IMG/VR virus record: IMGVR_UViG_3300034200_001443 | Coordinates: 32,001 to 96,000 of that record | Reading direction: 5' to 3' (one strand) | Length of the DNA stretch: 64,000 nucleotides | DNA from: a virus | Part shown: in pieces, positions 57,970-64,000 of the stretch | Layout: each line of letters starts with the position of its first letter | Position numbering within the stretch: position 1 is the first letter of the stretch | Notes under the pieces: model-generated | What the model was told of the DNA's origin: nothing | Database searches by the model: none | Seen by the model: the letters and a program-made list of their open reading frames with translations, nothing else | Position numbers and translations under genes: made by a program

Positions 57970-58260
57970 TCAGTTCATATCGACTTCGATCAACTGTGCT
58001 GGAAGTTCGTCGGCAGGGGGTAAAACTTTGTGCGGTTTAATTCCGTACTTTTTAAATTCTTTTTTATACTTCTTTGAGTCACGACCCTCTGTAATCCAAT
58101 CCGATATCAGTCGTGCAACCAAAAAGCGTTCCTCGTCCTTAGCTTCACGAACTAACAAGAAGTCCTCGTGTATCCAGTTTTCTGTACCAATCACCGTTAT
58201 CTTGTCAGCGTTTCCGTAGTTTCCGTCAACATCAAAATAATGTATACGTCCCATGGGCAC
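57970..58260 (-). CDS. Hypothetical protein (YF.VDGNYG.A)
   Basis: AAAGGAG RBS. Confidence 0.65.
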   Translation of the reverse strand: MPMGRIHYFDVDGNYGNADKITVIGTENWIHEDFLLVREAKDEERFLVARLISDWITEGRDSKKYKKEFKKYGIKPHKVLPPADELPAQLIEVDMN

Positions 58261-58401
58261 TCTCCTTTCCTCTAGCCGTTAGTCTACCTGCTGCTGCAGC
58301 GCTGTTACTCGTCTTGCCGTTTTTATTTCCGGGCATCTGGCCTGGATCCAAACTCCTCTTGCCGTTGAGTGGGGCAGGGTTTTACCCCCACCCCCTCGCC
58401 G

Positions 58402-58647
58402 TTATTCAATCCAAAGGTCTCCTCTAATGAACCCGTGTTCTTTCACAACTGCTACACCCTTCATGAATGCTTCGTCTTTTGTAGTAGCACCTCGGACTAG
58501 CGAGAAGTTGTGCTCGCCGTCTTCGTCCGTGTAGCCAACTTGCCATGCTTCCCATGCCTCGTTGTATTCCACCTTGACGGCTTGCCGTAAGTCCTCTATC
58601 TCGCCGTTTCGTAGTTCAATCTCAAAGTAGCCCTCGTTCTTAATCAT
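58402..58647 (-). CDS. Hypothetical protein
   Basis: ATGA-coupled. Confidence 0.6.
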   Translation of the reverse strand: MIKNEGYFEIELRNGEIEDLRQAVKVEYNEAWEAWQVGYTDEDGEHNFSLVRGATTKDEAFMKGVAVVKEHGFIRGDLWIE

Positions 58648-59249
58648 GCCGTTGCCTTTGCTTTCTCTAGTGCTGGTGGGCAGTCGTCATAAAGATACTC
58701 TTCATACTCTTCAGGGTCTTCCGCATACTGTTCGCAGTTATAGCACTCAACACCAAGAGTTTCCCAAGCCGAATGGTTTAACTCGCCACCTTCTTCGGAA
58801 ACCATCTCGCCAGCCTTGTAGATTTCAATACCCCAGAAATCACAACCAGACTCGTAATACTTATGTTCAATACTTAGTTCCGGGAAAATCTCTGACAGCG
58901 TTTTTGTTGTTAGTGTTGGTGGGGCCCAAGCAGAGTCAAACGAATAACTAATAAACTCATCTCCCTCTTTATAGTCATTCATATAAACATTGCCATAGAC
59001 ATCCCACTTAGTTCCCCAAGAGTTGATGTTGTTGTGATACCAGTCGTCTGGACCTTTGCTCTCAAAATCTTTTCCTAGCAATGATTCTGAATCAGGAACA
59101 GATGGTTTGATATTGGCAAGTGAGTAAAGAACATTCTCTATCTGCTTACCATCTTCATCAGTTATTGGTCTGCCAACAAACTCTTTTAACTTCTTGACTG
59201 CATCAGCGTTTCCACTAATGCTGATTGTGTTATCGCACCAATTAGGCAT
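58644..59249 (-). CDS. DUF1281/YubB ferredoxin-like domain protein
   Basis: MPNWCDN..WGTKWD..FDSAWAPP..YYESG..F.G. Confidence 0.8.
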   Translation of the reverse strand: MPNWCDNTISISGNADAVKKLKEFVGRPITDEDGKQIENVLYSLANIKPSVPDSESLLGKDFESKGPDDWYHNNINSWGTKWDVYGNVYMNDYKEGDEFISYSFDSAWAPPTLTTKTLSEIFPELSIEHKYYESGCDFWGIEIYKAGEMVSEEGGELNHSAWETLGVECYNCEQYAEDPEEYEEYLYDDCPPALEKAKATA

Positions 59250-59490
59250 TGTGTTCCTCATGTTCTATTACAGACTGAGTAATCTCTAAACCAAGAGCCT
59301 CAATCGCTGTCCCTAAATCGTCAATCGCTTCATCTATATTTTGACGAACATCAAAGTAATCCCATGGATTCTCGTCAGTCTTTGGTGAGCGAATGTATTG
59401 CAAATCAACTGCACATGAAACTGCAATGTTAATTACCTTAATTGCATTCTCATCACCAGCCAAATACTTTTCTGCTAGTTCTTGATACAT
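59242..59490 (-). CDS. Hypothetical protein
   Basis: ATG 59490 after AAATGACGAAAGGG. Confidence 0.6.
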   Translation of the reverse strand: MYQELAEKYLAGDENAIKVINIAVSCAVDLQYIRSPKTDENPWDYFDVRQNIDEAIDDLGTAIEALGLEITQSVIEHEEHNA

Positions 59491-59720
59491 GTTTTCCCTT
59501 TCGTCATTTGTTTGGTCAAGCAATAGAAAATCTATCATAGAGATTCCAATGACGCAAGCACCTGAGTCAGGAGTTTCTTTCTTAACCAAAAGTTTTCATT
59601 TCCCCTCCAGGTCCCTGCACCTCCAGGTGGTTTTACGCTCAAAGGCCTGGGCGCTTAACAGCACGCCAATAACTTATTTTCCGGGCTGATGACCTTCTTC
59701 TGGTGTCCCATCTGAATTTA

Positions 59721-59930
59721 TTAGTTCCCGGTGACCTGGTCATCAACGAAACTTGTTTGGGCGAGCGCAATTGAAAACAACTCGTTGTACTTCACCATTT
59801 GCTCAATGTCCTCCGTGAAGCAAGTGGCAGCGTGCTGCAGCAGATCTTCATCCGACATTATGTTTTCCGGGTCCTCGAGCATCACAGCTTCGTCGAACTC
59901 GAACTCTATCTTGGTGCGAATCTTCCTCAT
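59721..59930 (-). CDS. Hypothetical protein
   Basis: AGGA RBS; acidic. Confidence 0.5.
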   Translation of the reverse strand: MRKIRTKIEFEFDEAVMLEDPENIMSDEDLLQHAATCFTEDIEQMVKYNELFSIALAQTSFVDDQVTGN

Positions 59931-60248
59931 TCGATTTTTCCTATCCGTTAGTAGTTTAAAAATTAAGGAGACCAGACCTGCTACACAAAGCGCTAACCGT
60001 TAGCGACCCTGCAGGTCTGGCCTCCTATAGTCAAGCCGTCTTGCCCGTTCACTGACGCAGCTTAAAGGCGGGCCTGAATTCTTTTTTCCGGGCTTTCTAG
60101 CTTGCCGCTTTTTGATTTTCCTCAATCAGCGTTCTTAGTTGACTAGCCGTTGTTATGCTAGCAATGGCACCGACCAAATACTCGATACCGTTATCACCCC
60201 ACTTAGAGCGGACCACATCAGCGAGCCGTGTTTCTAACTCCGACTGAA

Positions 60249-60590
60249 TCATGCCGTCTCCAATGCCAAGTGATAACTTATAAAGGTTTCAAATGGAACG
60301 GGCGTGCCGTTGTGGATAACTAGTTGTTTCTCAAAGTCGACGGTTGTGGTGTCGTAAGACTCCTCGCCGCCAATGTCGACAGACAAGCCGTAGCCTGTTT
60401 CTGAATCCCACTGGTTACCGATTAACTGTGAGACAGCAATCCGAATGGCGTAGTTGTTGTCTTCCCATCGTGGCTTTGCTTTAGCAATTGCATAAGCAAG
60501 GTCCGCTAGTTTGGAGTCGCCGCCCCAATGTGAGTAGAGCACTACGTCATGCCCGTTTGATTTGAAATTGAAGTTTGTTCTTGAACCCAA
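60249..60590 (-). CDS. Hypothetical protein (LYSHWGG..ETGYGL)
   Basis: Likely TTG start at 60590 after AAAGGA; TTGACA..TATAAT promoter at about 60638-60669. Confidence 0.7.
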   Translation of the reverse strand: MGSRTNFNFKSNGHDVVLYSHWGGDSKLADLAYAIAKAKPRWEDNNYAIRIAVSQLIGNQWDSETGYGLSVDIGGEESYDTTTVDFEKQLVIHNGTPVPFETFISYHLALETA

Positions 60591-60748
60591 TTGTTTTCCT
60601 TTCGTCATTTAAATCCCTAGGGTCCCCTAGTAAATCTATTATATAACTATCCTAAGGGCATGTGTCAACTACTGACGCCGAAGAATTTTTGATGTCTTCT
60701 GGCCCATCAATAGATAATGTTATTTCCGGGGATCCAGATCTGCAGCTG

Positions 60749-61186
60749 TCAGGCGGCCAAAACGTTTTCACTTCCTGGCCATATGTATGGGAGATTTTCA
60801 GGTACCTCTGGCCAATGCATCCTGTAGTGCTCTGGAAATTTTCGAATCAAGTTACTTTGGTGTGAGACGTGGAAGTTTTCATTTCCCAGCCAAGATGGCA
60901 GCTGCAGCTCCTCGCTGTGCCCGGAAAGTATTAATTCAAATCGCGGCAGCATCGAATCGTTGTAACCTCTTCGAATCCATTCTTCGCAAATAACTTTTCC
61001 ATACAGTGCAAGCGCTGGGACATGGTCCCTCCACATCACTGCTGCTGGATGATTCCTCCAGCCTCTGGTCTCACCGTTAATTGCTCTTATCAGTTGCCAT
61101 GTCTCTACCCGTTGTTTACCTAGTCGGCGATAGTCCAGTACTTCTGCACTCCGTTCGAACTCTGCGTATGGCAAGAATGTTTGCAT
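60749..61186 (-). CDS. Pyrimidine-dimer DNA glycosylase-like protein (DenV/MSMEG_6728 family)
   Basis: MQTFLPY..LD.RRLGKQRVE..HPA..MW..EWIRRGY..PSWLG..SHQSNL..LPY.WP. Confidence 0.85.
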   Translation of the reverse strand: MQTFLPYAEFERSAEVLDYRRLGKQRVETWQLIRAINGETRGWRNHPAAVMWRDHVPALALYGKVICEEWIRRGYNDSMLPRFELILSGHSEELQLPSWLGNENFHVSHQSNLIRKFPEHYRMHWPEVPENLPYIWPGSENVLAA

Positions 61187-61189
61187 GTT

Positions 61190-62027
61190 GTCACTCCCTC
61201 ATCCGTTTGAATATATAACCCTACCCATCCCTCGCCGCTAAATCAACAACCGTTAATAAATTCCTGCAGCTATCCCTCGCCGCCTGGAACAAACAAGCCG
61301 CGATGTCAATGCAGCTGCAGCTGTGATCAACGGTTATATTTTCCGGGCACTACCTCGCCGCTGTCAGCTCGAACTACTCCTCAGTAACTTGCCGTTTTAT
61401 TTCCGGGTGCGGATCGGGCCCGAAGCTCTTCAGCTCGCCGCTGCCGTTATATTATATTTTCCGGGCTTGATGCAAGCACGCCGCCTCCGCCTGAACCACC
61501 GCCACCGCCAGCTCAGCACCAGGTGCACTGGAAACCAGGAACAAACAATCCGTTGTTGGAGGGACGGATCCGTCTTCGCGGGGTTGAGCCAAGCCGACTC
61601 AAGTTTGGAATCCCTCGCCGCCATCCAGGGCCGGGAGAAAAAACATTGTTATTTCCTGGTCCGCAGATCTGCAGCTTGAGCTCGTAACCGACCCGGTGAT
61701 TCATTGCTCACGTTATTAGTTCCAGGCATCTGGAGCTACAGCTGCGGCCAACCGTTTGATTTGTTTTTTCCCGGCTTGTGGACCCGTTGGTCCCATTGGT
61801 CCTGTTGGTACTTTCTCATCCGTTAGGTTTCTTAAGGTTCATTAGTTCGCACTAGTCGTACAGGGTTAATTCTAAGTCTGTCCGTTTATCCACAGGCTGT
61901 TGTGGATCTGCGGGTAGCTGGTACCCGGAACTAACAACACCGTTTCACGATGTGGATCCTGAGCTCAGACGCTAACCGTTATATATTTGCGAGCGCTTAT
62001 CCCACGCCGCTTTTGTTGAAACTTAAA
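61190..62027. other. Probably non-coding tract dense in CCNGG, GCNGC and CCGTT
   Basis: Repeated TTTCCGGG, CTCGCCGC, GCAGCTG, CCGTT; no convincing ORF. Confidence 0.6.
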
Positions 62028-62192
62028 CTATCCCGCTGCGCTCGCCGTTTTCATTTCCAGGGCGATGGCAGCAGCTTCATTTGCCCGTGCCGTTAAACGG
62101 ATGTGTTCTTCGCGGGACTTGGCTAAAGTTATATCTTCCTGAAGGCGGGCCGCTAGCTCATCGAGCTTCTGTAAGTTATTATTTCCTGGCAT
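62028..62192 (-). CDS. 54-aa protein (MPGNNNLQKLDEL..REEHIRLTARANEA)
   Basis: Manual translation; overlaps the terS-like stop region; helical. Confidence 0.6.
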   Translation of the reverse strand: MPGNNNLQKLDELAARLQEDITLAKSREEHIRLTARANEAAAIALEMKTASAAG

Positions 62193-63117
62193 CTTGATCC
62201 GATCCGTCTTCTGGTTTGGGGGTTACATCTGTGATTGTATAAACTTCCGTGACATCCACGCCGTCATTAACAAGTTGAGTTGTTCGTTCCGATGCCACAG
62301 CTTCGAGCCTGGCGAGCCGTTCCGCAAGAACCTCTGCTGGGGAGCGGTCTGTGGTTTTGACATCAATGTTTAGTTCCATGCCGCCTCGGACTCCAGCACG
62401 GTCAAGGATTTCTGTAGCCGCTTTAAGTTTGACTGGTTCGGAGACAGCCGTCTCCATTAGTTCCTCAAGAACATCCACAGCGTAGGTGGAAGCCTGACTT
62501 ATTTTTTGACGGGCAATCTCGACATTGTTTGCCGTCCGTCTGGTCGAGCCCAAATGAATACGACACAGACCGTCATCTTTGATTCGCCCACTGTTCCATA
62601 GTTGGCATCTTGTTCCATCCGTCTTGGTCATCCGACATCTTCCCGGTAATCCAAGTGGTGCTCGCTTTGCGGATTTCGGGCCGCCCTCTTCCTGTTCTTT
62701 TAACCAGTTGCGAGTTGCGCCCAACACCCAAGGGGGTGCAATCTTTAAAGCCTCGTCATCTAAAAGTAGATCGAGGCCCGTTACGAAATCTGAGTTTACA
62801 TTTCCAGGATCTGACAACAGCTGTTTCTTGTTGTTGATGCTGATGAGCGCTCGCTCTTTATCCTGCTCTATTGACCTAGCTATAATAAGATTAGTGGCAG
62901 CGCCTGTCTGGTCGTCAAAGACTGGAGACCACTTCAGCATTGAACGCCGAAGCATGGCACGGTTCTCAAATGTGTCTTGGCAGATGCCTCGTTCAATTTC
63001 TATGATGCCGAGCTCTTCTAGGTTAGGCCGACGATCATATGGAGTTTCGACAATTGGGATTATATTTTCCGGGGTGTCTTCCTCTTCAAAGTATTCAACA
63101 ATCTCACTCACAAACAA
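62179..63117 (-). CDS. Terminase small subunit-like protein
   Basis: C..T.TDGTRC..LCRIHLG (HGGxSTG-like Zn knuckle) then AVDVLEELM..SEPVKLKAATEILDRAG; start uncertain. Confidence 0.65.
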   Translation of the reverse strand: MFVSEIVEYFEEEDTPENIIPIVETPYDRRPNLEELGIIEIERGICQDTFENRAMLRRSMLKWSPVFDDQTGAATNLIIARSIEQDKERALISINNKKQLLSDPGNVNSDFVTGLDLLLDDEALKIAPPWVLGATRNWLKEQEEGGPKSAKRAPLGLPGRCRMTKTDGTRCQLWNSGRIKDDGLCRIHLGSTRRTANNVEIARQKISQASTYAVDVLEELMETAVSEPVKLKAATEILDRAGVRGGMELNIDVKTTDRSPAEVLAERLARLEAVASERTTQLVNDGVDVTEVYTITDVTPKPEDGSDQDARK

Positions 63118-63180
63118 TTTCCCATTTCTCTATGATAAAAACCCTGAGGGTTTTTTACCCCCAGGGCTTTTACCCCTTAA

Positions 63181-63462
63181 TTACTTTTTAGCTTTTTTCG
63201 CTGCTTCGGCGGCTAGTTTTTTTCCAGCTTCCTTAGCAACACCTTCGGCGATACGGCCAAAGGCTGGGTCTTTCTTGTTCAACCAGCGGAGTGCGGTTGG
63301 GATGATGGAGGCCCAAAGTGCGTTGGCTACAAGGAGCCACTCACCTGCACCGAACTCGAGAGGTGACCCGATACCTGAGGTTTGCATGACGATCATTACT
63401 GCGCCAATAACTTGACCTGCAAGGTTACGGAGGTACGACTCGATTGCTACTTTGTTAATCAC
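63181..63462 (-). CDS. Holin-like membrane protein
   Basis: Two TM segments, LRWLN.KDPAFG, basic C-terminus. Confidence 0.65.
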   Translation of the reverse strand: MINKVAIESYLRNLAGQVIGAVMIVMQTSGIGSPLEFGAGEWLLVANALWASIIPTALRWLNKKDPAFGRIAEGVAKEAGKKLAAEAAKKAKK

Positions 63463-63696
63463 GAGTACTCGTTTCTACGGGGGTAAAAAGATTTGCCCCG
63501 TGATACATATAATGGCATGGGTTTGATTGGCCAAAAGTTTTTTGGGAAAGTTGTTTGAAACAGTAGGGGTCTGACGCTTTTATAAACAATAAACTGATTT
63601 TGAGCGTGTTTTATTAGATTTATTGCCCTACTTCATTATAGAGAATGTTGTACGAAAAAGTTAAAAGTATGTCTAAAAAAGTGCTTCCTGGATTCC

Positions 63697-63834
63697 CTAA
63701 AAGGTTTCTTGGTTAGGGTGTTTTGGTTTTCTCTTGTATTTCTTTTTGGATTCAACTGGTCGAGAAGCAGACGATCTTCGTAGTTCTAAAAGTCGCCTAA
63801 GTTCTTCTTTTGTCTTCTTAAACTTAAAATCCAT
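63697..63834 (-). CDS. 45-aa basic peptide (LRRSSAS..KKKYKRKPKH)
   Basis: Manual translation; AGGA RBS. Confidence 0.6.
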   Translation of the reverse strand: MDFKFKKTKEELRRLLELRRSSASRPVESKKKYKRKPKHPNQETF

Positions 63835-64000
63835 TTTCCTGTTCTCCTATGAAGTTCTCTACTTTGGTCAGGTGAAAGCCCATTGTCTTTTCGCACTTGA
63901 ACCATGTTAGCTCGATTCCATATTTGTCCCTAGTAGAGATTATTATAGAGAAGATTGTTTTTGGGTCTCTATAGATTTTCTTATAATTATGATGATGACA

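Noticed and set aside
61323-61704. ORFs 61323-61679, 61430-61624 and 61513-61704
   Set aside because: They overlap on both strands, lack RBSs and have composition driven by DNA motifs; probably spurious.
62579-63415. 278-aa + strand ORF
   Set aside because: It is antisense to the terS-like and holin-like genes, Ser-rich and without motifs.
1-64000. tRNA, rRNA, integrase or transposase
   Set aside because: None recognised by eye; tRNAscan-SE and HMM searches were not run.

Overview
This is a 64-kb segment of a large, AT-rich tailed phage (siphovirus-type). The head module resembles the actinobacteriophage cluster-B/Rosebush type, so an actinobacterial host is likely (inference). Positions 1-40.7 kb form one minus-strand block. 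In transcription order it holds an HTH regulator, a DUF1360 membrane protein, the portal, a modular 381-aa head protein, a 3527-aa giant (DEDDh exonuclease + UvrD-like helicase + ArdC/zincin), a 1590-aa multi-module prohead protease, hexamer and pentamer capsid proteins, tail genes, two paralogous S74-chaperone tail fibres and the 5' part of a family A DNA polymerase. Positions 40.8-62 kb are an early/accessory island of small promoter-ORF-terminator cassettes (ArdA-like, HslV-like, SLT lysozyme, MoxR AAA + vWA pair, DenV-like glycosylase). It is bounded by an AT-rich repeat array on the left and a motif-dense non-coding tract next to a TerS-like gene on the right. The two strongest signals are: (1) a head-module polyprotein system with shared short motifs and a giant DNA-processing/anti-restriction cargo; (2) an island with sharp 4-bp palindrome avoidance and several oriented DNA motifs, as expected for first-injected or terminal-repeat DNA. 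All motif counts were made by eye and no database searches were run.
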